Shown: positions 1 to 11,399 of the stretch, piece after piece
Numbering within the stretch: position 1 is the first letter of the stretch
How the letters are laid out: every line of letters begins with the position of its first letter
Source of the DNA: Ginglymostoma cirratum
Lineage: Eukaryota
Direction: 5' to 3'
Length of the DNA: 64,000 nt
Assembly (NCBI GenBank): GCA_024137785.1
Contig: JAHRHZ010000049.1
Location: 124,001 to 188,000 of the forward strand
Notes under the pieces: model-generated
Told to the model about the DNA's origin: nothing
Database searches by the model: none
The model's input: the letters and a program-made list of their open reading frames with translations, nothing else
Made by a program: the position numbers and the translations under genes

Positions 1-760
1 CTTCAAGTCAATTTTGTATCCAAATAGCTAGCTCTCTCTGGATTCCACGTGCTCAAACCTTGTTAACCAGTCTACCATGAGGAACCTTGTTGAATGCTTT
101 GCTGAAGTCCATATAGACAATGTCCATTGCTCTGCCTTGATCAAACCTCTTTGTCACTTCTTCAAAAAACTCAATCAAGTTAATGAGACGTGATTTCCCA
201 TACACAAAGCCATACATATCCCTAATCCATCTTGCCTTTCCAAATACATGTAAACCCTGTTCTTCAGAATCCCCTCCAACTACTAACCCACCAGTGACAC
301 AGGCTCACCAGTCTATTGTTCCCTGGCTTTTCCTTACCACTGTTCCTAAATAATGGCAACACATTAACCACCCTCCAGTCTTCCAGAACATCACCTGAGG
401 CTATCAATGGTATAAATATCTCCACAAGGGGCACTAAAATCTTTTCCCTAGCTTCCCACAAAGCATTGGGATATGCCTTATCATGTCCTCGAGTTTTATC
501 CACCTTTACACATTTTAAGACACACAGCATCTCCTCCTCTGTAATATGGACACCTCAAGACATCACTATTTATTTCCCCAAGTTCTCTAGCTTCATATCC
601 TTCTCCACAGTAACTGAAACAAAATAATCGTTTAGTATCTGACCCACCCCCTGCCAAAGCTATCTCAAGTCCTCTTCTTGCCCTTTTGATTTCCTTCCAA
701 GTATATTCCTTCTGCCCTCACATACCTTGAAAGATTCATTCAATCCCAGCTTTCTGTACA
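1..760 (-). mobile_element. Degenerate CR1-type LINE ORF2 fragment (RT region)
   Basis: Minus ORF 264-530 reads DWRVVNVLPLFRNSGKEKPGNNRLVSL, the CR1 DWRxANVxPLFKKGxxxxPGNYRPVSL motif; frameshifted. Confidence 0.85.
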
Positions 761-784
761 TACCACATGCCTCCTTTTAAGCAA

Positions 785-1055
785 AAAAAAAATACAAAAA
801 GCGGCGAAAAGATGAATTATGTTGGTAAGCTAGCTGGTAATATCAAAGAAGATTGCAAATTTTTTTTTTGGATATATAACATTGGGCTACTGGAACGTGA
901 GGCTGGAGAAGTCATAGTGGGGAACAAAGAAATGGCAGAGGAACTGAATAGGTATTTTGCATCAGTCGTTATGGTGGAAGACACCAGTTGCATACCAGAA
1001 TTTCAAGAGATTTAAGCAGTGGAGGTGAGTGTAGTGGCCATCACTAAGGAGGTGG
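785..1055 (+). mobile_element. CR1 LINE fragment, interrupted by a Penelope insertion
   Basis: GNKEMAEELNRYFASV motif; similar to the CR1 segment near 48430-48700. Confidence 0.8.
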
Positions 1056-1061
1056 TGACTT

Positions 1062-2579
1062 GGTGACAGTAAGGACTGCAGATGCTGGAAACCAAAGTCA
1101 AAGTGAAGCTGGAAAAGCACAGCAGATCAGACAGCATCCGAGCAGCAGGAAAGTCAACATTTCGGGCAAAAACCCTTTGTCAGGACTGGGGAAGGATAGG
1201 GGACCCTACGAGTAAATAGAGGGAGAGCGGTAGGGATGAGGTGGGGCTTGGGGGAGGGTAGGTGGGATGGTGATAGGTGGATGCAGGTAGGATGTTATTA
1301 TGATTGGTCAGTGGGATAGCGGAGCAGGTAGGGAAGTAGGAAGGTGAACAGGTTAGGTTAAGTCAGGTCAGGGAGGTGAGGAGGTGAGGAGGAGGGGGAG
1401 GGCTAACGCTGGGGGGGGGGGGCGGGGAAGGGATATTGAAGCCATTGGGCTGTAAGGTCCCAACACAAAATATCAGGTGTTGTTCCTCCACGTTTGGCCT
1501 CACTCTGACAGTGGAGGCGGCCAAGGATGGACACGTCGCCAGGTGAGCGGAAGGGGAATTAAAATGGATGGCAACTGGAAGGTTGGGTTAGTTGGTGCGT
1601 GCAGAGAGCAAATGTTCCACAAATTTGTTACCGACTCTATGCTTGGTCTCCCTAATGTAGAGGAGGCCACATGAGAAGCAATGGATACAACAGATCAGGT
1701 TGGATGAAGTGCAGGTCAATCTCTGCCAGATCTGGAAAGATCGTTTTGCGCCTTTGATGGAAGTGAGAGGGGAGACATAGGGGCAGGTGTTGCAGGGAAA
1801 GGAACCGGGTATGGTGAAGAAGTTGGTGGGGAGTGTAGAGCTGACAAGGGAGCCGCGGAATGAACAGTCCCAAAGGAAAGCAGACACGGTGGTGAAGGAA
1901 ATATCTTTTTGGTGGCAGGGTCTGATTGTAGGTTGTAAAAATATGGGAGGATGATGCATAGGATTCAGAGGTTGGTGGGGCAGTACATGAGGACTAAGGG
2001 AACTCTATCCTTATTGTTGTTGGGGTGAGGGGGTTTGAGGGCAGGAGTGCAGGAAATGGAGGAGACGTGGTTGAGGGCATCCTTAATTACAGAGGAGGGG
2101 AAATTCCAATCTCTAAAGTAGAAGGATATCTGGGATGTAGTGGAGTAAAATGCCTCGTCCGGAGAGCAGACGCGGTGGAGGAATTGAGAGTATGGGACAG
2201 CACTTTTACAGGAGGGTGGGTGAAAGTGGTGTAGTCGAGGTAGATGTGTGAGTCAGTGGGTAGGTTTGAAATGGATGTCAGTGATGAGTCAGCTTCCGGA
2301 GGTGGAGACTGAGAGATCCAGGAAGGGGAGGGAGGAGTCAGAAATGGTCCAGGTGAATTGGAGGTCGGGGTGGAAGGTGTTGGTGAAGTTGATGAACTGC
2401 TCGATCTCCTCACGGGAGCAGAAAGCAGCAACGATGCGGTCACCAATAAAGCGGAGAAAGGGGTGAGAGATGGTGCTGGTGTAGTTGCGGAAGAGGGACT
2501 GTTCCACGAATCCTACCAAAACGCAGGCACAGTTCGGGCCCATGCGGTCCTCCACTACTACTTCGGCCCGTAGGCCCAA
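1062..2579 (-). mobile_element. Penelope-like retroelement (RT C-terminus, GIY-YIG endonuclease, 3' terminal repeat), 5'-truncated and degenerate
   Basis: Minus ORFs FLRFIGD...FINFTNTFHPDLQFTWTISDSSLPFLDLSVS (PLE RT) and TCTSSNLICCIHCFSCGLLYIRETKHRVGNKFVEHL (GIY-YIG); terminal repeat at 1075-1190 resembles the short palindromic elements. Confidence 0.9.
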
Positions 2580-2730
2580 TCAATTCCCCTTCACTGACAC
2601 TCATTTACTTGGCAGAACTGGTCCTCACCCTCAATAACTATTCCTTTGATTCCTCCCACTTCCTACAAACCAAAGGGGTGGCCATAGGCACCTGCACGAG
2701 CCTGAGCTATGCTTGCCGCTTTGTAGGATT
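2580..2730 (+). mobile_element. Inverted 5' segment of the Penelope RT
   Basis: Plus ORF LAELVLTLNNYSFDSSHFLQTKGVAIGTCTSLSYACRFVG is the PLE RT segment upstream of the minus-strand part. Confidence 0.8.
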
Positions 2731-3529
2731 CACATTAAGAGTAATTCCTTTTTCAACCCTCTTAACACTTCAATACAAAACTCCAGCCAGTGCTAAAACA
2801 CAGTTTAGATCCAAAACTGCAACAACAGCTACTTTTGTGGCAAAATATTCATTAAGAGTCACATACATGTCTCCTGCCTCCACATATAAAATACCTTTAT
2901 ATTTAATGAGCTATTACTTTTCTTCTATATAGTTTTTTAAAGTTGAAGGGTTTCTTTTATTCTGCTTATCAATCTTTTTCAATACACTACGTTTACTCCT
3001 CTAAACTTTTTAATTTAATAGCTGCAATTTGTGTACATAAGTTCCCACAGCACTGTGCCCTTCCTCAAGGCTTTCTGTAATCCAAAGTTCTTAACAGTTC
3101 AGTGGAAAGGACAACATAATGGTTAATTATTGAATTTGTAACTCAAGCCTTTTCCACAGAAGTTGAAATCCCACCGTGGCAATTGTGATTTAAAGAAAAA
3201 CTTCTTGATTTAATGTCTAAATTGCCTGCCAATCAGAGTTCATTTTCTTGTTCTAGATTCCACCCCATTTCTACACTTATTCCAAAGGAAATAGAAACTC
3301 TCACTTAGTGTTAAATATTTTCGATCGAATCATCTGCTAAATTGCAGAAAACGCAAGCCATCCTTTATGCTGCCTGTCCTTATATTAGCACGGTCACTTT
3401 GCTGTGCACTGGTTTCATGGTCACATATTCCTACGGAGATGGGGAGGCTGGGAGCCTGACCTGTCTATGCAGCCTTGTTATACAAAGTAATGTACAGCGT
3501 GTGCATTTCTCTCTGAAGGCAGGCTGCAG

Positions 3530-4000
3530 CCCTCACGCGGTGCCATTGTTCCCGTCAGATCCGGGCCATATTCGAAATCCCGGCAGCTCCGCATAGACCA
3601 CGCGCCGCCGGTCTTCGTGGCCTGAGAGTAACACCGAGCCGGTAACCAAACCCCACCGCCTTAAATCGAAATCTGATGTTGGCCCTCAAACTCACCTGAA
3701 CTCCCACCGCCCAAATTGAACGCCATAGTGCAGCGCGCCGGTCCGTCACGACAGTCTGATCCGGGTGGAGTGAAAACATCACCATTAAAACGTTCCGCCG
3801 CTCCTCTTGCACCCGGAACTTTTAGTCAGGTCACTAAAGTTGTTGATTCATTTCGCTTGCTGATCGGATTCGACAGGATTGCAATGAAGCAGCAAGCGAA
3901 AAACTTTCATCCGCACAGCCATTGCTTCCTCGTATCTGTAACATGACTGATGCGTAGGAGTGGGAGATGTTGTCACAAAGAAGGATGGCGTGAGGCGTTT
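3530..4000 (-). promoter_or_regulatory. CpG island / housekeeping promoter of NUP54
   Basis: Visibly CpG-rich against a CpG-poor background; ETS-like CCGGAA near 3813; spans the ATG exon. Confidence 0.7.
3696..3726 (-). CDS. NUP54: Nucleoporin 54, first coding exon (MAFNLGGGSS); rest of gene lies outside the window to the left
   Basis: Minus strand reads cactATG GCG TTC AAT TTG GGC GGT GGG AGT TCA G|GTGAGT. MAFN(F/L)G start and phase-1 donor are typical of NUP54; lies in a CpG island; NUP54 is the known downstream neighbour of SCARB2 on the same strand. Confidence 0.8.
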
Positions 4001-4499
4001 ATATGTTTACATCAAGCTACACAAGAAACCCACACGGATTTACACTTCCGTTGGAAGTCATGGGCAGTTATTTCTAAAATGTATCAGAAGTGCTTTTTTT
4101 TTATTTACAGAATGGCGAAAGAATAAAAATGCAATCTCCAGCAACTGATCAATTCAAATCGCGATCAAGTGGGATCTGGACTCACTTTGTTCAACAAACT
4201 AATGGCAAGCATCTTCTGAAAAAATACTGCTTTTGTTTACAAACATTTAATTTGTGACAAAGCCCTAATTAATCGGGACTTACAAGATTCTCGTTTAGAA
4301 TCACAATCAGCCTACACCTTGTTCCTGCTCCTATGATGCTGCTTGGCCTGCTGTGTTCATCCAGCCCCACACCTTGGTTATCTCAGTCTCACGTTGTAGC
4401 TGTGAGCGTCTTCAAGGAGATAGGATTGATTAGGGGAACTACGGAGGGCCCTCCCTGCTTTCCGCCACAGCCAATGTATGGCAAAAACCTTCCCCAAAC

Positions 4500-5135
4500 G
4501 CGACTTCCCAAGGTTTGAAAAGTTCTTAGCAGAGTCTATCCTTCAAGACATATAGCGGACATGATCTTCAGGGCAAGGCAAGACCAGGCTAACTGCAAAC
4601 GGCTTTCTTTAACCTCACAAGATTCTTTGACTCTGTCAAGCAGGAGGGACTGTTGAACGTGGCCCTCATGTTTTGTTGCCTGCCGAAATTCATCACCATC
4701 CTCCGCCTGCTGCAGGATAATATCCAAGCTGAAAACCTAACCAATGGATCCACAACGGCTACAATGTGTGTACAAACTGGAGCTAAGTAAGGCTGTGTTA
4801 TCACACCAATGTTTTTCTCCATCTTCCTTATCACACTACTCCACCCCATCTTCATGAAGCTTCCCACAGGAGTAGAACTAATGTATGGGACAAAACAGGA
4901 AATTGTTCAACCTATATCATCTCCAGTTCAGAACCAATACTAGCTCAACCTCTGCCATCAAGCTGCAGAATGCGGTCTGAAATGGCCTAACAAGCCACTC
5001 AGGTGTACGAATCCAAGAATCATTGATGCGTTCATGAGACATAAAGGAAAATGGAGCTTAAGCTAGACATTTTTAAGACAAAGATCCATCCACACAACAC
5101 TGCCAGTGGCCCCTGCACCCCAACCCATCAAGATC
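4500..5135 (+). mobile_element. RTE-clade LINE RT fragment (3' part appears to resume at about 7745-7900)
   Basis: Decayed FxDLTKAFDxV...FGCPPKFITILRLL...GVKQGCVIAPxLFSIFL motifs. Confidence 0.7.
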
Positions 5136-5884
5136 TCTATCAAGAGGCCATGACCTAGTGGTATTATCATTAGCTGAGCTTCTGGAATAATGTTCTAAGG
5201 GCCTGGGTTCGAATCCCACACTGGAATTTGAATTCCACCATGAATTTAAAATAAAGATCTGGAAGTAAGAATCTACAGTTGACTATGAAACCATTGTCAG
5301 GAAAAACCCACCTGGTTCACTAATGTTCTTCAGGAAAGGAAATCTGCCATCCTCACAGGGTTTGCCCAATATGTGACTCCAGTCCTACAGCAATAAGGAT
5401 GTCACTTACCCTCTGCAACAGCCTAACTAGCCACTCAGTTGTATCAATCCCTACAAGTCTCAAAGAAGTGAAATGGGATGGACCATCTGGCATCGACCTA
5501 GGCACCGGAGAAGACAATGGTAGAAACAGTCCTGCCAATCAAACGTGGGCGAGGTCTCTCAGAGACCTGTGAAGCAATAATCTGAGCAAGTCATATGCAT
5601 GGAATCATACCTCAGTGTCCCAGGCACCACCATCATCCCTGAATATGTCCTGTCTCACTAGCAGGCGAACACAGCAGAGATAGTGGCACAGCGGGATAGA
5701 GGAGGGGGTTTCCCTGGGACTCCTCAACATTGACTCTGGACCCCATAGGCATGGCTAAATATGGGCAAGGAGTAATCCAAGATTAAGGATGGAAAAAAAT
5801 TGTGGCCATAAAATCTGCTCCTTTTTGAGGTATTTTCAGTGTTGGTGCCAATTTCTTTGAATTCTTGGAGCAGTAATTTTTATC

Positions 5885-6180
5885 TTAAAAGGCATCTGGA
5901 TGGGTATATGCATAGGAAGAGGTTAGAGGGATAAGGGCCAAATGCTGGTAAATGGGACTAAATTAATTTAGGATATCTGGTTGGCATGGACATGTTGAAC
6001 CCAAGCGTCGGTTTCCATGCTGTATATGTCTATGACTGTAAGTGGTGAATGTAGGCACAGTTGCAACATTTAAAAGGCATTTGGATAAGTGGGACTAGTT
6101 TAGTTTGGGGTTATGCTTGGCTTGGACTGGTTGGACCAAATGGTCTGTTTCCGTGCCGTATGATTCAATGACTCTATGGC
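5885..6180 (+). mobile_element. Two tandem CR1 3' tails inserted in the LINE
   Basis: FKRHLDGYM-type ends with gactct-like tail repeats; closely match 19880-20030. Confidence 0.75.
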
Positions 6181-7080
6181 TGTAAGGAAACCTCCTGCTG
6201 GTTACCACGTACTGCTCTCCTTTTGCTGTTGAATCAATTGAACAACACTTGGGCACAAAATAGTCTCTGGTGAGGGTTTTCAAAGTCCACCATGAAGAGT
6301 GGCTCAGCAGCAGTACTACTGTTTGAGCTGGTCGGGTCCTAAAGAACATAGCTGCTAGACTGGGGTCTGCCGGTGGTGAGGGAACCATCAAGAGGGAAAA
6401 ACATACTTGACCTCATCCTTACCAATCTGCTGGCTGCAGATGCATCTGTTCATGACAGTATCAGTGAGAGTGACTACCACACAGTCTTTGTGGAAGCAAA
6501 GTCCCGCCTTCACATTAAGAATAGCCAGTATCGTGTTGTGTGGCACTATCACTGTGTGCTAAATGGGACAGACCAGACCGATCTAGCAACTCAAGACTGG
6601 GCATCCATGAAGTGCTGTCAGCCATCAACAGCACCAGAATTGTACTCCAATGCAAATCAGTAAAGTGATGGAAGGTGCCATCAATAGTGCTATTTGCACT
6701 TGCTGTTGACCTCATTACAGTCTTGTTTCAACCATTGTCAAAAAGGTCATCAGAGGCGATGTGAGAGTGACAGCCCTTGACATTAAACCTGCATTCAACT
6801 GAGTGTGGCATCAAGAAGCCCTACCAAACTAGAATCAATGGGTATCAGGGGCAAATTCTCCAATGGTTGGAGTCTTGCCTGGCATATAGGAAGATGATTT
6901 CATTGTTGGAAGTCAGTCATGTCAGCTCCAGGAGTTTCTCAGGTAGTGTCCTAGGCCCAACCATCTTCAGCTGCTTCATAAATGATCTTCCCTCCATCAT
7001 AAGGTCAGAAATGGGAATGTTCACCTCCTCAGATACTGAAGCAAACAGTGTTCAATAAAACAAATCTGGACGATATCCAA

Positions 7081-7273
7081 GTGTGAAGCTGGAAGAACGC
7101 AGCAGGCCAGGCAGCATCAGAGGAGCAGGAAAGTTGACGTTTCGGGTCGGGACCCTTCTTCTGAAGAAGCGTCCTGACCCGAAACGTCAACTTTCCTATG
7201 CTGCCTGACCTGCTGTGTTCCTCCAGCTCCACACTGTGTTATCTCTGACTCCAGCATCGGCAGTTCTTATTAT
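7081..7273. mobile_element. Palindromic non-autonomous Penelope-derived element with hammerhead core
   Basis: Inverted arms centred near 7161; CTGAAGA...GAAACGTC at 7161-7188; flanking direct repeat atctggac(g/a)atat(c/t)caag at 7064-7081 and 7274-7291. Confidence 0.8.
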
Positions 7274-8219
7274 ATCTGGACAATATTCAAGCTTTGGCTG
7301 ATGAGTGGCAAGTAAAATTTGTGCCTTGCAAATGCCAAGCTATGACCAGCATTGATAAGAGTGAATCTAATCACCACCCCTTGAAATTCAATAGTGTTAC
7401 CAAAGCATGAATGCCCCACTATCAACACCCTACGGGTTACCATTGACTAGAAACTCAACTGGCCTTGCCACATAAACATAGTGACTACAAGATCAGTTCA
7501 GAGGCAAGAAATACACTGGTGAGTGACTTATTTCTTGACTCCCCTATCAATCATCTACAAAACACAAGTCAGGAGTGTGTTGGAATACTCCCCACTTGCC
7601 TGGACGGGTGCAGCTCCAACAACAATCAAGAAATTTGCAGGACAAAGCAACCCACTTGATTGGCACCACATCCACAAACATCCCTTCCCTCCACCAACAA
7701 CGCTCAGTTGCAGCAGGGTGTACTATCTACAAGATGCATTATCCCCAACATTATGTGGGAATCTCTCGTCCAAGCCTGAACAATTTGGAGAGGTAGCATC
7801 CACAAAGGAACATAAAGTACATTTTGAGCATCTTCAACAGGCCAGGTGAAGAACAAGCAAAAAACAGTGGAAGATCTGTGAAAACTCAAGCATCCCGCCA
7901 CCTGGTTCAGCAAGCACCATGTGCCCCAGTTGTGACTATGTTTGAAGATCCAGTATTGAACTGTTTAGTCACCTCAGTGCCCACGTGACTGGAAAAGAAG
8001 AACGTCATCAAGGGGCTGCCTAAGAGGAAACAGATATTGGTTCCTGTTCTCCAAAAATGAAAGAGTATAGCTTTTTGTTTAAATGTAATTTGCAAATTCG
8101 TTTTGAGGAAATAATGAGATGACCTTTTATAGACATTCTGTGAAATAGATTGGATGGGTAAAACCAGAATACTGTATGCTTTCTCACAGAAGGTAAACTT
8201 GTATTTGAAGATCTGTAAC

Positions 8220-8690
8220 TTAGGTGTCAGTTTGGCTTAGTGATAGTACTGTGTCCTGTAAATCAGAAATCTACAGATTCAAGCCCTATACCAATTTTTA
8301 AACAGAATGTTGTTAGTGCCCCAAGTACCTGTAAGCATCCTTTCAAGCCACTCACCATCCCGACTTGGAAATATATCATGTTCATTCAGTGTCACTGGGT
8401 CAAAATCCTGGAACTTCCTCCCTAATGACATTTTGGGCATATCTACACAAAATAGATTGCAGCAGTTTGAGAAGACAGCCTGCTGCCATCTTCAATTAGG
8501 GATGGACATAATTTTTAAAAAAGTACTGAGGGACTGTGCTTCTATGAGAGGTGTTTTCCTTTACTAAGACCTTAAGATGAGGGCTCTTTCCACTCATGTC
8601 AATGTGAAAGTTTCCATTTGAAGAAAATCACTCCAAAAAATGTAATTGGTCATTTATTTATTTGCTGTTGGTGGGATTTGGTAGCTGAAC
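8220..8690 (+). mobile_element. Old Deu/SacSINE-like SINE split by a LINE 3' fragment (about 8305-8510)
   Basis: gtactgaggga...ggtcatt...ttgctgttggtggga resembles the Deu-domain SINE body; heavily decayed. Confidence 0.5.
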
Positions 8691-9099
8691 TTGTGTAAAA
8701 TCAGATGTGAAAGTACTCAGTTGAAGGTGAGTTAATTTCAGTGAGGTGAAATGGATCTGGCCCGACAGCTTTTATCAAAGATTTATGTAGAACACAGCAA
8801 TGTATTTTCTTTGAAGAAACATTCGGGGCACAGGTAAAGCAGATAAGAAGGGCATCCAAAACTAGAACTGGAAATGGGGAGTAGGCAGGAGATTGAAACT
8901 AGGAAATAGAACCAGTTGCAGGTACGATGGGCCGAATGGCCTGCTCTGTAACGATTCTGTGTAATCTCGGATCACACAATTAACTACCTCACAGTCCTGT
9001 GACAGTGCAGATGCTGCTCCGTCGTTCAAATTCGAGCTCTTAGAGTAATGAGCCTGAACCAGAATCCAGAACAAGGTGTTTTTTTTTTCCGGGTGGACT

Positions 9100-9240
9100 G
9101 GCTGTTGCCCTTTGCACACCTCCTGTTCACCGAGAGCCTGCCTTCCTCAGTGCTGATCAGGTGACAGGATAATAAACAATAAATAGCTGAAAGCCCTTCC
9201 TACACTGGTTCACAAACCTTGCACTGAAACAGTAGACAGC
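9100..9240 (+). promoter_or_regulatory. Putative LEAP2 proximal promoter and 5' UTR
   Basis: HNF4-like DR1 TGCCCTTTGCAC 9106-9117, forkhead-like AATAAACA 9171-9178, TATA-like ATAAATAG 9179-9186, about 55 nt before the ATG. Confidence 0.5.
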
Positions 9241-9306
9241 ATGAGGGCTAAGCTGAACCAGGTGCTTGCTGTTGCAGGGATGGTTTTATTACTTTCCACC
9301 ATGACG
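9241..9306 (+). CDS. LEAP2: LEAP2-family peptide, exon 1 (signal peptide MRAKLNQVLAVAGMVLLLSTMT)
   Basis: cagcATG start, hydrophobic signal-like peptide, ACG|GTAAGG phase-0 donor; joins in frame to 15002. Confidence 0.75.
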
Positions 9307-9540
9307 GTAAGGAACTGTTTTTAAAATGAAAATATGATTCTCACACCTCGATAAACTCTCATTTTAATAACTTAGAAAACAACAGGCGAAGAAAGAATAC
9401 ACATTGTCCGAATAGGAAAACAAACTGTGGCAGATAGGAAACCTCAAAGTATGTCTCAGAAAGTTGGACTTGCAGTTAGGCAGAATATCTGATGCTGCCG
9501 TGCGGGACCAAAAATAGGATAAGGTTTTATTTGCAAGCTA

Positions 9541-9735
9541 AAAACCTAAAGAACTGCAGGTGCTGTAAATCAGGAAGAAAAACAGAAGTTGCTGGAAAAG
9601 CCCAACAGGTCTGGCAGCATCTGTGAGGAGAAAATCTGAGGAAGGGTCACCGGACCTGAAACGTTAACTCTTGAGTTTTCTTCACAGATGTTGCCAGACC
9701 TGCTGAGCTTTTCGAGCAACTTCTGTTTTTGTTAG
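9541..9735. mobile_element. Palindromic Penelope-derived element with hammerhead core
   Basis: Inverted arms; CTGAGGA at 9636 then GAAACGTT; perfect 13-bp flanking duplication tatttgcaagcta at 9528-9540 and 9736-9748. Confidence 0.8.
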
Positions 9736-10295
9736 TATTTGCAAGCTATTGGGGGTTCGTTGCAAAAGAAAACCCCATGTAGTAAGCTGCGAAGGTCTGG
9801 CGTGAATGAGGTAGACACGGGAGGCCACGACCCTCAAATCTAATCTTCTTTTCATGAATATATAACTGTGACTCTTTTAAAGAATTGACGTTTTCCCACG
9901 CCAGAAGGAAGGATTCGTACAATATTTTGGTGGCAAACTAAAACCTGTAAAAAGATAAAAATCTTCAGAGAGGGATAAAGACATGCAGAAATCGAGCTGT
10001 TGATGTTTCCGTCATAGTAACGACGTTTTGCATTTTAAAAGAAATATAATCGTTCAATTATGTTTTTCAGGAATACAATGCCGCTTCAAGGCAGCTTAGC
10101 GATATTGAGTAAACTCGTATGGGAACATTTGAGTGTCGTTAAAAATGCTTATTTCACGGAATTACCCCATTTTCAAATGTATTGCTAAAACTCTACCAGG
10201 TTACGTGATCAAGGAGTGCTCTCAAATAGGGAGAGGGAAAAAATACACATTATCTTAATAGAACACATTTCTCAAACGAGTTATGGTGGCATTTT

Positions 10296-10335
10296 GAGTT
10301 CTGAGGAGGGGTCACTCGACCCGAAACGTTAACTC
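10296..10335 (+). ncRNA. Minimal hammerhead ribozyme motif in a Penelope-derived repeat (repeat runs to about 10400)
   Basis: Stem I GAGTT/AACTC, core CTGAGGA, stem II GGGTC-ACTC-GACCC, GAAA, palindromic AACGTT stem III, GUU cleavage triplet. Confidence 0.7.
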
Positions 10336-10904
10336 TGCTCCCTGTCCCTCTGGACATGCTGCCAGACCTGCTGAGCTTTTCCAGCAATTTGTTTTGTTTT
10401 TTTTCCTGTGTTTTAATTTGAAGTTTAATTGTCGCAATCGCTCTCGAAGTGAACCTCCAGCCGAAGAAACGTAAATAGCGAAAAAGTAACAAGGACTTCC
10501 TCCGTACGTCGAAGAAAATTCTTCTGATTCTGAAACGGGGGAGTATAATTGCTGTTTTTAAAATAGGGTCTAGGAATGACCAGTTCTGGCAACATTTGTG
10601 GAGAGACAAAAGGATGTGTTCAGGTCCACCAAGTATTCCCTGTATTTTCTTTTTTATTAGGACACTATTTTTTAAAAAAAAAAACTCTTTGCCTTACAAA
10701 CAGCATTCTCACGAGAATCTAAAAGGCGAACTGTCCGACATGAATTTACACTTTATATTAAGTGCCGGTTTTGTCCAGGAAACCGGGTATTTCACGGATT
10801 CAGTTGTGCGTTGCACAATTTGGATAGCGATAGCGTTACGAAAGGTACTGAATCACAAAGTCTCTGTCGCCCTACTGGACCACAGGGCTACTCAACAGAG
10901 AGCC

Positions 10905-11062
10905 GCCTGGTGGTATTTAACGTGAGGGTCAACCCGCTCGAGGCAAGGAGAGAGCTCGCTAACGACAGCCCGGCAGGGTAACCTCAGCAGGTGCGGAAAT
11001 TCAAACCATGCAGTCAGCATGGCTCTACATCATAAACCAGCCATTCAGCCAACTGAGCTAAC
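10905..11062 (-). mobile_element. tRNA-derived SINE fragment
   Basis: Minus strand begins ggttagctcagttggctg... followed by a B-box-like ggtttgaatttcc. Confidence 0.55.
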
Positions 11063-11399
11063 CTCCAGCAAGTCCTACATGAGGGGGGACAGTGCTCGGT
11101 CTACGCCTTAGGGAACAAAGCAGGCAAGCCCTTGGAGTGTCACTGGGAGAGCACTTCAGTGATAGTGGGCGGGAATAAAGGGTTTAAATTGAAAGAAGGG
11201 TTGGTTTCATTATGGTGTCTAGCCAAAGTGGACTGGAAGCAGCTACTTATCGGAAAATCCATTTTGGAGCGGTGAGAATCTTTCAAAAAAAAATGGTGGA
11301 AATGCAGGGTTAATATGTTCCTTGTAAAAGGTGAAGACTAGGACCAAATATTCTCGAACGCTAGACAGAAGAATACATAGGATTAGACGAGGAAAAGAG

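Larger units (their letters stand above)
5144..7740 (+). mobile_element. Degenerate CR1/L2-group LINE with tRNA-like 5' head (APE and RT remnants), nested in the RTE
   Basis: tRNA-like A/B-box head at 5144-5225; APE remnant EPSRGKNILDLILTNL; RT remnants GSVLGPTIFSCFINDLPSII and IYKTQVRSVLEYSPLAW. Confidence 0.75.

Noticed and set aside
3555-3946. ORFs 3555-3812 and 3716-3946 as genes
   Set aside because: By-products of the GC-rich island; the real coding signal is the 31-nt NUP54 exon
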